In this document: in pieces, positions 1-10,269 of the stretch
Position numbering within the stretch: position 1 is the stretch's first letter
Layout: every line of letters begins with the position of its first letter
Assembly (NCBI GenBank): GCA_022448265.1
Contig: JAKVCC010000007.1
Coordinates: 94,791 to 158,790 of the forward strand
DNA length: 64,000 nucleotides
From: Pirellulales bacterium
GTDB taxonomy: Bacteria > Planctomycetota > Planctomycetia > Pirellulales > Lacipirellulaceae
Reading direction: 5' to 3'
Notes under the pieces: generated by a model
Told to the model about the DNA's origin: nothing
The model's input: the letters and a program-made list of their open reading frames with translations, nothing else
The model's database searches: none
Translations under genes and position numbers: made by a program

Positions 1-1506
1 TAAGTTGATACCAACCAGAGCCTCGAACTTCCCCTGGCGCAGATCTCGAAGCAATTCGACCCGTTCGAAGGCGTCCAACTCGCTATGCAACCATTTGCAA
101 AGAATACCCTGCTCGCTAATAAACGTGGCCAGGTCCTCCGCCAACCGTTTGGTAAGGGTCGTCACCAGCACGCGTTCGCCTAAAGCAGCCCGCTCGCGGA
201 TCCGTTCGATAACGTGAGCGACCTGCCCCCGGGCCGGAACCACCTCGATGACCGGGTCCAGCAATCCCGTCGGCCGGATGACCTGCTCGACGACCTCTCC
301 CCCGGCCTGCTCCAACTCAAATTCGGCAGGCGTTGCCGAGACGTAGACGACCTGCTTGATCCGACTTTGAAACTCCTCGAATTTTAGCGGACGATTGTCC
401 AGCGCACTGGGCAACCGAAAACCATGTTCGACCAGGGTTGCCTTGCGACTACGATCCCCCGCATACATGGCACGAATTTGTGAAACTGTGGCGTGCGACT
501 CGTCCACGAAAAGCAGAAAATCATCGGGGAAAAAATCTAGTAGTGTCGTGGGCGGTTCGCCGGCTCCGCGTCCAGCCAAAATGCGACTGTAGTTTTCGAT
601 GCCCGGGCAATAGCCAACCTCGAGCATCATCTCAATGTCGAACCGCGTACGAGCATTGATTCGTTGCGCTTCGAGCATCCGTCCATCGCTGCGAAACTGT
701 TCGAGTCGTCCAGAGAGTTCCTTGCGAATTTGGTCCACGGCGTTTTCAATGCGCTCCTCGGGCAAAACAAAGTGCTTGGCAGGATACACATACATTTCTT
801 CGAGTGTGCTGATCGACTCACCTGAGGTGGGATCGATAATCGCAAGTCGTTCGATCTCGTCGCCCCAGAATTCCACGCGGAAAGAAAACTCTTCGTAAGA
901 CGGCCAGATTTCGACGCAGTCGCCCCGCACACGAAATTTTCCACGGGCCGGATCGGTGTCGTTGCGCTGGTACTGGATGTCAATCAACCGGCTGAGTACG
1001 TCGTCGCGATCGACGTTTTGCCCCACCCGCAGGCCCACCATCATTGCCTTGTAGTCTTCGGGCGATCCCAAGCCATAAATGCAGGAAACGCTCGCCACGA
1101 CGATTACATCGCGACGGCTAACCAGCGAACTGGTCGTCGCTAGCCGCATGCGATCAATTTCTTCATTAATTGAAGCATCTTTTTCAATGTAGATATCCCG
1201 CTGTGGAATGTATGCCTCGGGTTGGTAGTAGTCGTAGTAACTGACAAAATAACTTACTGCATTGTTTGGAAAGAATTCCTTGAACTCCGAATACAGCTGA
1301 GCGGCGAGCGTTTTGTTGTGCGAAAGCACCAGGGTAGGGCGTTGAACTTGCTGGATAACATTGGCCATGGTGAACGTCTTGCCCGACCCGGTGACGCCCA
1401 TGAGCACTTGTTCTCTTTTTTCCGCCCGCAACTCCCGCACCAGCTCTTTGATAGCTGCAGGCTGATCACCGGCCGGTTGAAATGGGCTGTTAAGCTCGAA
1501 TGGCAA
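1..1506 (-). CDS. uvrB: Excinuclease ABC subunit B (5' part; runs off the window start)
   Basis: Manual translation from TTG at 1506 (AGGAG RBS overlaps the upstream stop) gives [19 protein letters not shown]...[15 protein letters not shown]...[18 protein letters not shown]...[10 protein letters not shown]...VDESH...VYVSATP. These are the UvrB Walker A, beta-hairpin and DExH motifs. The frame is open to position 1, so it is missing from the ORF track. Confidence 0.97.
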   Translation of the reverse strand, partial: MPFELNSPFQPAGDQPAAIKELVRELRAEKREQVLMGVTGSGKTFTMANVIQQVQRPTLVLSHNKTLAAQLYSEFKEFFPNNAVSYFVSYYDYYQPEAYIPQRDIYIEKDASINEEIDRMRLATTSSLVSRRDVIVVASVSCIYGLGSPEDYKAMMVGLRVGQNVDRDDVLSRLIDIQYQRNDTDPARGKFRVRGDCVEIWPSYEEFSFRVEFWGDEIERLAIIDPTSGESISTLEEMYVYPAKHFVLPEERIENAVDQIRKELSGRLEQFRSDGRMLEAQRINARTRFDIEMMLEVGYCPGIENYSRILAGRGAGEPPTTLLDFFPDDFLLFVDESHATVSQIRAMYAGDRSRKATLVEHGFRLPSALDNRPLKFEEFQSRIKQVVYVSATPAEFELEQAGGEVVEQVIRPTGLLDPVIEVVPARGQVAHVIERIRERAALGERVLVTTLTKRLAEDLATFISEQGILCKWLHSELDAFERVELLRDLRQGKFEALVGINL

Positions 1507-1518
1507 CGGAGGATGCTC

Positions 1519-1971
1519 CTACTGCGACACGGCTGCGGCCGACTGCGGCCCAGAGGCGTCTGCTCGATCGGTTTCACTTGGAATCGGATGTAAATATGGG
1601 CGAATCAGTTCAAGTGTTTTGGGCCCAATGCCATAAACGCGAACCAAGTCGTCATGACTGCGGAAGGGACCGTTTTCCTCACGTTCTGCCATGATGCGCC
1701 GCGCCATGGTTTCGCCCAAGCGAGGCAGCTGAATCATCTCAGGCCAGTCGGCACGATTGATATCAACGCGGTAATGGGTGTGAAGGGGTTCGGCGCGGTC
1801 GATTTCGATCAGGCCCCCGCGATGCCCCTCCCGATACCACCAGTAGGAACCGCTCATTACCAGTAGCGACGCGGCGAGTACCAGTAGCCTTAGCTGGTCA
1901 GATGACTTTAGCCAAGTTCGAGACGACTCTTCGGCTGCCATTTTCTGAAAAGTGGGTTGCGTCGAGGACAT
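1519..1971 (-). CDS. comEA: ComEA-family helix-hairpin-helix DNA-binding membrane protein
   Basis: One TM segment, then VDINRADWPEMIQLPRLGETMARRI...GPFRSHDDLVRVYGIGPKTLE (HhH_3 signature). Start is ATG 1971 or 1941; the ORF-track start at 2067 is probably too long. Confidence 0.8.
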   Translation of the reverse strand: MSSTQPTFQKMAAEESSRTWLKSSDQLRLLVLAASLLVMSGSYWWYREGHRGGLIEIDRAEPLHTHYRVDINRADWPEMIQLPRLGETMARRIMAEREENGPFRSHDDLVRVYGIGPKTLELIRPYLHPIPSETDRADASGPQSAAAVSQ

Positions 1972-2279
1972 CGGAGAGGAGATATTTGGGGTAAGGGGTA
2001 AACGCGACGGGCAAGAGCAGCCAGGACAGACGGAAAATCCGACGAAAGGGCCTAGCCGCGTTGCCACACAGCGCCGGTGCCCGCCAAGCGGGCTCAGGTG
2101 CGGCTCAGTATTTGGTTTTCGAAGGGTGACGGAGGCAAGTGAGCAGTACCACCGGACGGCGTATCCGCGATGGGTTCTGTCTTACCAGGGCCTAGCTGTC
2201 AGCGCGCGGCACCTCGTTTCACCTCCTTAGTTACGCGTCCGGACGCCAAGTATACCAGATTCAAGAAAGATGGGTTATT

Positions 2280-3200
2280 GTGCCTGATTTTCTGCAAATC
2301 AATTGGGATCAGCCCTTGGAAGCCGATTGCCGTGCTTTGGTCAAGCTGGCCTTCCAGGAGGACCTCGCAGGACAACAGGACTGGACGACGGCCAGTTTGG
2401 TTCCAGAAGATCGCAGCGGGACGGCCAACATTGTGGCACGCGAAGCAGCCGTTGTCGCCGGGCTGCCCACGGTGCAGGTGGTGCTGGATTGCTTTGGTGC
2501 GAATATTACTGCAGCCAACCAGGTTGCCGACGGCGACAGAATTGATGCGGGGACAATGCTGGTCCACCTACAAGGCAATGTGCGTGATCTACTGACCGTG
2601 GAACGAACGCTGCTGAATATACTTGCCCGGCTGATGGGCGTCGCTACGTTGGCCAGCCGCTATGTTGCCAAGTTGGCTGGGACCCGCACACACGTCTATG
2701 ACACCCGCAAGACAACACCCGGGTGGCGGCTGCTCGAGAAATACGCCGCTCGTTGCGGCGGTGCGCGCAATCACCGCCGGGGACTCTACGACGCAATCCT
2801 GATCAAAGACAATCATTTGGCCGGGCGTGGTAAAGACGTCGCTGATGTTGCCGCCGCCGTGGCGGATGCGCGTCAGTTTTTAGGGCAGCTTCAAGGCGGT
2901 ATGCAGACCAAAGAGATGCTCTTAGAAGTTGAGGTCGACACGATGGACCAACTGGCCAGCGTACTGCCCGCCAGGCCAGATATCGTATTGCTGGACAACA
3001 TGTCGCTCTGCCAACTCTACGAAGCTGTCAAGTTGCGCAATGCGCTAAGCCCCCAAGTTCAGCTCGAGGCTTCCGGGGGCGTCCAGCTAGAACGACTCGC
3101 TGAAATCGCCGCTACGGGCGTTGAACGAATCAGCATAGGTGCGCTAACCCATTCAGCCCGTTCGCTCGACCTGGGAATGGACTGGGGCGGCTTGAGCTGA
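2280..3200 (+). CDS. nadC: Nicotinate-nucleotide diphosphorylase (quinolinate phosphoribosyltransferase)
   Basis: Motifs ERTLLN, DTRKTTPGWRLLEKYA, NHRRGLYDAILIKDNH, EVEVD, LLDNM, EASGG and ISIGALTHS. Confidence 0.97.
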   Translation: MPDFLQINWDQPLEADCRALVKLAFQEDLAGQQDWTTASLVPEDRSGTANIVAREAAVVAGLPTVQVVLDCFGANITAANQVADGDRIDAGTMLVHLQGNVRDLLTVERTLLNILARLMGVATLASRYVAKLAGTRTHVYDTRKTTPGWRLLEKYAARCGGARNHRRGLYDAILIKDNHLAGRGKDVADVAAAVADARQFLGQLQGGMQTKEMLLEVEVDTMDQLASVLPARPDIVLLDNMSLCQLYEAVKLRNALSPQVQLEASGGVQLERLAEIAATGVERISIGALTHSARSLDLGMDWGGLS

Positions 3201-4077
3201 TCGCTTCCAGACGGCATTGGAGTGCGCTAACGATTTGCCGACCGCTGTGGCCTACTCAGCAATTTGCCACCTAACGCCGCGCAGCGGAATTTCTCAAGTC
3301 CGTAGCCGTATTTTCTCAATCCTGAAACGGCCCTTTCACAACTCCTCGCTGGCCTCCCGCCCGACAATATGGCTTTTTCGGTGTTTTTTGTTTGACAGCA
3401 TCGGACTACGGCCTTAGAATCGACTCTGTAGGGCTTAGGCTCTGCGAAATCCGCACATTTTACCTTCAATTTTAGGGTTGTGAACTTCATGAACATTCGA
3501 CTGGCGAAGGGTCAAGCTGGCTCTCTCGCTGTCCGAACAGGCGAATCTCCTTGTCTGAGTTCACAACACCATCTCTTAGTCTGACCTATCTGCGGCAAAT
3601 CTGGCCCCTGCTGTTTTGCCCGCGAAAAGTTTTGGTCGGGGCCCTCCGGTGGTAAATCTTGCTCAGGTTATTGTCCCCGCGGGGATAAGTTGGCTCGCCT
3701 GCCTTGGATAGATGAATTGCACGGGTTGCCGACGGCAACCGCCGCCGCAAATTCAATCCTTCCATAACGGTCAGCAAGCGCAGCCATTCTTGACGCGCTT
3801 TAAGTGCGCAAAGACCAGCCGTGAGCTGGCGGGAAAACTGTACCGCCGCGCCGCGTGCTACTAATCGCCTTTCGAATGAGGCCAATCGGAAGTTCCGCCT
3901 GGCCTATCTTCACGACGTTTGCTCCCACACCTCCATAGACCGGAGATTGCTTTTTAGCAGTGATTCGTTCGCCAAGGCCTCTTGCATGAGCACCCAAGCC
4001 CGCCTGGGCCAAAGTGCAGCAAGTGATTTCCTCAAGGAAGTTGCAAGGGACTCGGCGGTCGGATTGGGAGAAACATT

Positions 4078-4899
4078 ATGAGAATAATCAATAACTACAA
4101 AGCGCCGTGGGCGGTTGCCCTCGTAGTCTTAATGGCAACGACACAACCGGCTTCAAATGCTGCGGCCCAGAATATTAATGCTGATTTCACCGTCGGGGTC
4201 AGCGGCAGCGCTTCGGTGTTGTATTACGCAGACGACCCGATCATAGGCCCAATTATGCAATCAGATGCAAGCTGGGTAGGTGAAGCCCAATTAAAACGGT
4301 CTTTCAATGAGCCCGCGTTATTGATTGCCAATTCGGCCGAATCGCTGGGAAATCTTGTTCAGTTTGAGTTGACCATTGGGGACGACGACTACCATTTCAG
4401 GAACCTTTTCTATAGTGGCGCTTTGACCGAAGATGTGCCAAACTTTATCTCGCCCGTTACGGTGAATTCAGCCGTGACCACTCCGTCGGGCGCGCCAGCC
4501 CTACCTGGGGCCATTGATGCAGAACGTTTGATAGTCGACTTTGGTAGTGGTATCGTCGCAGGAGACATGGCCCTCTTTAAGATAAAGATTGGCGCCGATG
4601 CTGATCCAATGTTGCTGCCATCGTTCGAGGACGTCTTTTTTGACGTCAGTACTTCGTTGACTGAAAATGCATTGGTAACGCTCACCTATGAACTCGGCGC
4701 AGAGCGTGCGTCGACAACTCCGATACCACTTTATGAACTGCTGGCACCTCCAACGACGCCGCACAGTCTCCATATGAAGCAGGCCGTGTTACCCCACATT
4801 ACGCCTGGATCGCTGAACACGGTCCCCGAGCCTACCGCCCTATTGCTGCTTGCAGCAGGAAGCATGAGCCTAGCGACCATGCGGCGACGCTCTCGCTAA
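4078..4899 (+). CDS. Secreted PEP-CTERM sorting domain protein
   Basis: N-terminal signal peptide; C-terminus VPEPTALLLLAAGSMSLATMRRRSR; GGGAGA RBS. Confidence 0.85.
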   Translation: MRIINNYKAPWAVALVVLMATTQPASNAAAQNINADFTVGVSGSASVLYYADDPIIGPIMQSDASWVGEAQLKRSFNEPALLIANSAESLGNLVQFELTIGDDDYHFRNLFYSGALTEDVPNFISPVTVNSAVTTPSGAPALPGAIDAERLIVDFGSGIVAGDMALFKIKIGADADPMLLPSFEDVFFDVSTSLTENALVTLTYELGAERASTTPIPLYELLAPPTTPHSLHMKQAVLPHITPGSLNTVPEPTALLLLAAGSMSLATMRRRSR

Positions 4900-5295
4900 G
4901 ATAAGCTACCGCGATCCTAGTAGCATGCTGCTACCTCTTGCTAGCAGCGCCCCGGATGCATCTCTGGACTGCCGCCGCTCTGGCAGAGTTTTCCGCTGGC
5001 AACGATTGATCTGGTCGGTGAGATTTTTCGGATTTTCCGGAAAATAACGAAAGAGCCGAACTTCCGGACACCGATCTATTGCAAGGCACAAAGTATCGAT
5101 CGCGCAGAGGATGCCCTTTCGCGAATCCATTTCAAAACTGCCAGACGGTCTCAGTAATAACTCGGACTATTGTCCTAGGCAGAGTTTTGACACGGATTCA
5201 AACGAGATGGGCCTCCCAAAATCGCAGATTCGGCTCAGGCACGTTGCCAAGTAGGATCGCTCGCTGCTCGATTATTCCTTGAGGGGGGAAGCACG

Positions 5296-6564
5296 ATGAT
5301 AATAAAGTCATGGAAGACCGCTGCGCTATTGGCATGCATTCAATTCCAATTGTTTTGCCCGTCAATCGCTATCGGGCAGCGTCAGGATGTATACGACACT
5401 GCCAACTACGCCGCTGAAATGGCAGGGGCGTCGTTAACCTCGTATAACACAGACGGCAATGACAGCTACGAATCGAACCATTGTGGCTACACGACCTGCG
5501 GCCCCAGTTGTAGCGACACCTGTCCGGAAGGCGGAGGCCTGAGGCAAGGGCAGTTTTATATCGGCGCCGAATATCTGTACGTTCGCTCAACATTCAGTCA
5601 GGCCACTGCGTTTGTCGAACGCACATCCCTTGGGATCCCAGGCTCGGTCAATCAGGTTGTCAACCAGTTTGTCGAAATGGATTTCGACTACGGCTCCAGC
5701 TACCGATTCTTCGGCGGCTACCGGCTGTGTGAATGTGGCTGCGACCTTCAATTCGCATTTACTCGGTACCAAAGCGACAGTTTCAGCTCGTTTCCTGGTG
5801 TGGACCCAACAAGCCTCCCGCCGGAAGTTGTTTCCATTGAGAGATTTGGTGAAGACGGCACTCTTGCCAACACTCCCAACACACGACTTGATGTTGCTGG
5901 CAACGTCGACCTGCAAACCTACGATCTGGCGTTTTCCAAGACCATCCCCCTAGGTGGGTGCTGTTGTGAACCCTGTTGCGACGCTTGTTGTGACAGTTGT
6001 TGCGGCAATTGTTGTGACTCTTGCTGCGGCGGAGGTGCTTGTTGTGGACCTGCGTGCTGCGCGGCCTGGGACATCACATGGTCGGCCGGCGTCCGTTTTG
6101 CAGATGTCGCGTGGGATCGCTCTATCAACTCGATCACCACGAATGTTGGACAACCAAATCGAAGCTATGCCACGCGGATGGAATTCAATGGGGCAGGTCC
6201 TCGCTGGGGACTCGAAGGGCGTCGCTATTTTGGCAGAAATTATCGTCTTGCCCTGTTTGCCAAGGGAGATATCTCGCTTTTACTAGGCGATGTGAACATC
6301 GTGAACAACCTCGACAGTTTGCCTGCACGCCAGACACTTTTCGAATCGACCCAACTGATTCCTGTTGTTGACATCGTTGTGGGTGGATCGGTGTATATCG
6401 GGAATCGGGTAACTCTGAACTCTGGATACCTGTTCTCAGCGTGGCACGATCTGGGAATGCGAGACTCGAGTCAGGCGCTCGCCGACGATACTGGAATGAC
6501 GTTTGACGATGCAAACATCCTGGGCTTCGACGGCTGGTTTGCTCGAGGTGAATTCGCCTTCTGA
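5296..6564 (+). CDS. Planctomycete outer-membrane beta-barrel (BBP7/Lpg1974-like) with Cys-rich loop
   Basis: Signal peptide, alternating beta-strand pattern (FYIGAEYLYVR, WDITWSAGVRFA, FNGAGPRWGLEG), C-terminal GFDGWFARGEFAF ending in Phe, and a CC-repeat insert. The family name is from recall. Confidence 0.7.
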   Translation: MIIKSWKTAALLACIQFQLFCPSIAIGQRQDVYDTANYAAEMAGASLTSYNTDGNDSYESNHCGYTTCGPSCSDTCPEGGGLRQGQFYIGAEYLYVRSTFSQATAFVERTSLGIPGSVNQVVNQFVEMDFDYGSSYRFFGGYRLCECGCDLQFAFTRYQSDSFSSFPGVDPTSLPPEVVSIERFGEDGTLANTPNTRLDVAGNVDLQTYDLAFSKTIPLGGCCCEPCCDACCDSCCGNCCDSCCGGGACCGPACCAAWDITWSAGVRFADVAWDRSINSITTNVGQPNRSYATRMEFNGAGPRWGLEGRRYFGRNYRLALFAKGDISLLLGDVNIVNNLDSLPARQTLFESTQLIPVVDIVVGGSVYIGNRVTLNSGYLFSAWHDLGMRDSSQALADDTGMTFDDANILGFDGWFARGEFAF

Positions 6565-6694
6565 AACGCTGACTCTATGGTCATCTAGAACCGGCAGGGA
6601 TTCGGAGGCTCGCCCTTCGAGCCCTTGTTGCGTTACAATCATTGACCCATTGGCCCAACAGCCTTTATTCTTGGAATCAGCGAAGGCGTCTGCA

Positions 6695-7180
6695 ATGAAT
6701 TCAAAGATCCGCCCTACCATACTATTCCTTTGCACGGGTAACTCCTGCCGCAGCCAAATGGCTGAAGGTTGGGCCAAGTCCTTGCATGGAGATCAGTTCG
6801 CTATTTATTCAGCCGGGATTGAAGCTCATGGGCTGAATCCGCATGCGGTCGAAGCCATGCGGGAAGTGGGCGTCGATATATCGCACCAACAATCTTTACG
6901 ACTCGACCAATTTTCAGAGGTCAGCTTCGACCTGATCATCACGGTTTGCGGACATGCCGACAAGAATTGTCCCGTACTGCCCAGGCTATGCCAAAAAGTG
7001 CATGTGCCCTTTGACGACCCACCCGCACTGGCGCGCAACGCAGCCACCGAAGAAGATAGCATGCGCCCCTACCGGCGAGTGCGTGACGAAATTCGGGCCT
7101 TCGTAGAGAGGCTGCCTGAACTCTTAGGGGCCAAAATATCTGAGCCCAAAACAGAACAGCCTAAGACGCAAAGATCCTAA
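6695..7180 (+). CDS. arsC: Arsenate reductase (LMW-PTP/thioredoxin-coupled type)
   Basis: ILFLCTGNSCRSQMAEGW P-loop, ITVCGHADKNCP (second and third Cys), FDDP and VRDEIRAFV. Start is ATG 6695. Confidence 0.88.
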   Translation: MNSKIRPTILFLCTGNSCRSQMAEGWAKSLHGDQFAIYSAGIEAHGLNPHAVEAMREVGVDISHQQSLRLDQFSEVSFDLIITVCGHADKNCPVLPRLCQKVHVPFDDPPALARNAATEEDSMRPYRRVRDEIRAFVERLPELLGAKISEPKTEQPKTQRS

Positions 7181-7207
7181 GCCGGGGCAAAACGTCGCCA
7201 GACAAAT

Positions 7208-7255
7208 AGGGGCACGGCTGCCTAGGGACATGGCTGCCTAGGGACATGGCTGCCG
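7208..7255. repeat. Tandem repeat, 3 x 16 bp (AGGGACATGGCTGCCT)
   Basis: Units AGGGGCACGGCTGCCT, AGGGACATGGCTGCCT and AGGGACATGGCTGCCG lie between the convergent arsC and rpsU genes. Confidence 0.9.
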
Positions 7256-7340
7256 AAAATCGAACGGCTCTGCCATCGGGCAACCGCAGATAAGTACCAA
7301 GCGGCTGGCCAACACCGGCCTAACCTAAGCGCAAGCCCGC

Positions 7341-7538
7341 CTAAGTGCGACCCATAAGCCGTTCACGGCGCGACCGGCGTTCCGCCCGCAGGCGGGAACG
7401 GCGTTTGGTCTCACTTGGTTTCTCGTAGAACTCACGAACGCGAATTTCCTTCTTGATGCCGCTTCGCTCAACCAGTTTGCGAAATCGCCGCACCGCTTCC
7501 TGGGCCGTCTCTTTATCCCGTAAAGTTAACTTAACCAA
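7341..7538 (-). CDS. rpsU: 30S ribosomal protein S21
   Basis: [46 protein letters not shown]; probable TTG start at 7538. Confidence 0.95.
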   Translation of the reverse strand: MVKLTLRDKETAQEAVRRFRKLVERSGIKKEIRVREFYEKPSETKRRSRLRAERRSRRERLMGRT

Positions 7539-7843
7539 TCGAATCCCTTTCAATGTTTGCAGGAGCCCACCTAGGGAGGCTCAGCCACTTATATGGAAGC
7601 ATTTAGCGTACTCTATGCTTGGTGCCGCGCCCAGCCCGCAGAGCCAAAGGGACCTAACCGGCTCTGCAGAAAACTCCTTGCCGGCTAGGGGCCAAGCTAA
7701 TAGTACGTCCAGTATATTCGGCACAATCGTTCCTGAGACGTGAGTATAAGGGTTTTTTGGGGTATCGGGACCTCGATCTGGGGACAGATTCGAGACGATG
7801 AGGAGTTGGTATTACCCGCTCGGCCCATCACCAAACGCCCCTC

Positions 7844-8056
7844 ATGAACCAGCTTGTTCCCAGCGAGATCATCGAGCGCCTCGAGCGGCGTCACGAGGAA
7901 TTGATCGGCGAGCTAGACGTCCTCAATACCCGCCTGGAACAAACGCTCAACAGCTTTAGCCAATCCGCACCAACCGTAGAGCATGCGAAAGGGCCCACCG
8001 CCCTAGCCCAACAAGAGCAGGAAAACCCGCCGGGCCAGGAAATCTCGCCAGCGTAA
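7844..8056 (+). CDS. Small hypothetical protein with N-terminal coiled coil
   Basis: 70 aa; IIERLERRHEELIGELDVLNTRLEQTL has a heptad pattern; divergent from rpsU. Confidence 0.65.
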   Translation: MNQLVPSEIIERLERRHEELIGELDVLNTRLEQTLNSFSQSAPTVEHAKGPTALAQQEQENPPGQEISPA

Positions 8057-8197
8057 AAAACAACGCCGCAAGGCCATACCCTGCACCCTTTGGAAATCAG
8101 ATCTCAATCTGCCTGGTGGCGTACCAGGCATAGTCTGGCAATGCAGATTCGCCTTTTGGTTTGCACCACGGTCGCCAGGCATCTGGCTGCTCGCTCC

Positions 8198-9856
8198 TCA
8201 CCGCCGCCGGTCCAAATGGCCCGACTTGCCAATGGCCCGCAGCAGCCGCAGCCCCAGAATCGCACTGAGTCCCAGTCCTAAAACCCCAGGTACCGAGATT
8301 CCTCGCAAAGGCCAAACCTGATTAGTCACCATCAATACGGAGCCAATAAATAGCGAACTGGTGAGCATGCCGAGGACCAGCCGGTTGACGGAAGGTTCCA
8401 GGCCCCGATGATCCAAGTGCACATCAAACCTCCCACTCTGCACTTGATGCAATATGTCGCGGAGGCGGCGCGGTACTACCTCTGCCAGTTGCTGCACTTC
8501 GTATGCCATTCGCTTGGCCTTGCGCAATTGGCGACTTGGCGACAGGCGATCCGCCAAAACCTTTCGCTGAAACGGCTCCAGGACTTCCATCAAACTGAAA
8601 TTGGGTTGCAACTTTTGGGATGTTCCCTCAAGCATGACCAGCACCTTGAGTAGCAGCGCCATGGACGAGGGCAGGACAATCTCATAACGCCGCATCAATT
8701 CAAACATTTCTGTTAGTGCCGGCGCCAGCTCAAACTTGTCGACTGATTGATGGGCATAGTGAGCCACGTAGTCTGTCAGATCGAGGGCCAAGCCGGTTTC
8801 ATCGAGTCCAGGGGGCACGGCGCCTACCCGCATCACCACCGACACCAGCCGATTGGCATCTTGCTCAACGATGGCCATCAGCATGTCCTCAATCTCTTCG
8901 CGCAAGCCTTCATCGATACGTACCACCATTCCATAATCAAGAAGCCCGATCGTGCCATCGGGCATCACAAGCAAGTTGCCGGGATGAGGATCGGCGTGGT
9001 ATATGCCATGGTGAAAGATCATTTCCAGGTACATCTCTGCACCGCGTCGCGTCACCTCGGCCAGCTCAATCCCTGCAGCACAAATAGCCTCAGGCTCGGT
9101 CAGTGGCGTACCTTCTAGCCACTGCATGACGAGTACGCGCTCGGTCGAGAACTCCCGATAGATGCGTGGGATGACTACCTGCTCGTCGGCCTCAAATGCG
9201 TGGAGGAATTGTTCCAGATGGCGGCATTCTCGCGTGAAGTCCAATTCGCGACGCAATGCGCGTTGAAATTCTGCGACTGTCGACAGAGGACGGTAACTCC
9301 GCAACTCCGGTAGACGTTCTGCGAGCTGTGCCAGCCCGGTTAGAATATCCAGATCGACATGCACCCGCTGTTGGATGCCGTGATGTTGTATTTTGACCGC
9401 AACGGTCTCACCGGAGTGGAGGCGCGCACGATGCACTTGGCCGATCGACGCCGAAGCAATCGCCTCTGGAGAAAACTGGGCAAATACGTCTTCGACTGAT
9501 TGGCCCAATTCTTCGCTGATAATCTCGGCGACTAGCTCTGCAGAATCTGCAGGGACCCGAGTCTGCAGTTTCTGCAATTCGTCGGCTAACTCACCCCCGA
9601 CAACGTCGGGCCGCGTACTCATTATTTGGCCGAGCTTGATAAAGGTGGGGCCCAACTCTTCCAGTGCCAATCGAATACGGGTCTCCCGACTCTCCTTCGC
9701 TAACACTTGGCCATTGCGATTCTTAAGCAGCGACTTTCCCAGCGCAAAATCGAAGCGACTCAACCATCCCGCTAGGCCATATTTACTCAGAATGGAAAGA
9801 ATTTCGCCCCAACGATTTACGTTTCGGTAAATCTGTGGAATGGCGCTGATTCGCAT
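8198..9856 (-). CDS. ABC1/AarF/UbiB-family atypical protein kinase
   Basis: LGPTFIKLGQ, ASASIGQVHRA, VAVKIQ, ELDFTRE, HADPHPGN, LLDYGMV and two C-terminal TM helices. Confidence 0.93.
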   Translation of the reverse strand: MRISAIPQIYRNVNRWGEILSILSKYGLAGWLSRFDFALGKSLLKNRNGQVLAKESRETRIRLALEELGPTFIKLGQIMSTRPDVVGGELADELQKLQTRVPADSAELVAEIISEELGQSVEDVFAQFSPEAIASASIGQVHRARLHSGETVAVKIQHHGIQQRVHVDLDILTGLAQLAERLPELRSYRPLSTVAEFQRALRRELDFTRECRHLEQFLHAFEADEQVVIPRIYREFSTERVLVMQWLEGTPLTEPEAICAAGIELAEVTRRGAEMYLEMIFHHGIYHADPHPGNLLVMPDGTIGLLDYGMVVRIDEGLREEIEDMLMAIVEQDANRLVSVVMRVGAVPPGLDETGLALDLTDYVAHYAHQSVDKFELAPALTEMFELMRRYEIVLPSSMALLLKVLVMLEGTSQKLQPNFSLMEVLEPFQRKVLADRLSPSRQLRKAKRMAYEVQQLAEVVPRRLRDILHQVQSGRFDVHLDHRGLEPSVNRLVLGMLTSSLFIGSVLMVTNQVWPLRGISVPGVLGLGLSAILGLRLLRAIGKSGHLDRRR

Positions 9857-9907
9857 GGGGAATCGTCAAGCCAGAAGGATCGTGTGCAGGACTGAGAGCA
9901 GACCTCG

Positions 9908-9937
9908 ATTGTAGCCGGCATGCGGGTCCCAGGGCAA
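9908..9937 (-). promoter_or_regulatory. Putative sigma70 promoter for the ABC1 kinase
   Basis: Minus strand TTGCCC-N18-TACAAT about 50 nt upstream of the ATG. Confidence 0.5.
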
Positions 9938-10269
9938 CGGCAGCGGCAAACTTTGCCGATAGTCTGCCCGTTTGCAGATCGTCAATCCACTGTTCCATCA
10001 AGCTCATCTCGTACCCCCATGGGATGAGTGTGTTGCGGGCAACACGGGTGTGCAAATGATGAAGAAAATTGAAGAAGGGCTCAAACCGAATGTCTTGTTG
10101 ATCTATGCGCCACTTATGAGCACTGTCTCCATCTATTTTTTTGCACTGGGGCAACCTGCGGCCAGGAGTGGCACGGGGCCATTTGCCATGCAAAGATCAC
10201 TAGCCAACTATTCAAGAACTCCGGCACGCTCTACAATCGATAATTCTAATCGTGATGGAGGTTTTTAAA

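Noticed and set aside
7208-7255. CRISPR interpretation of the short repeats here and at 58363
   Set aside because: Directly tandem with no spacers, too few copies, and no cas genes.
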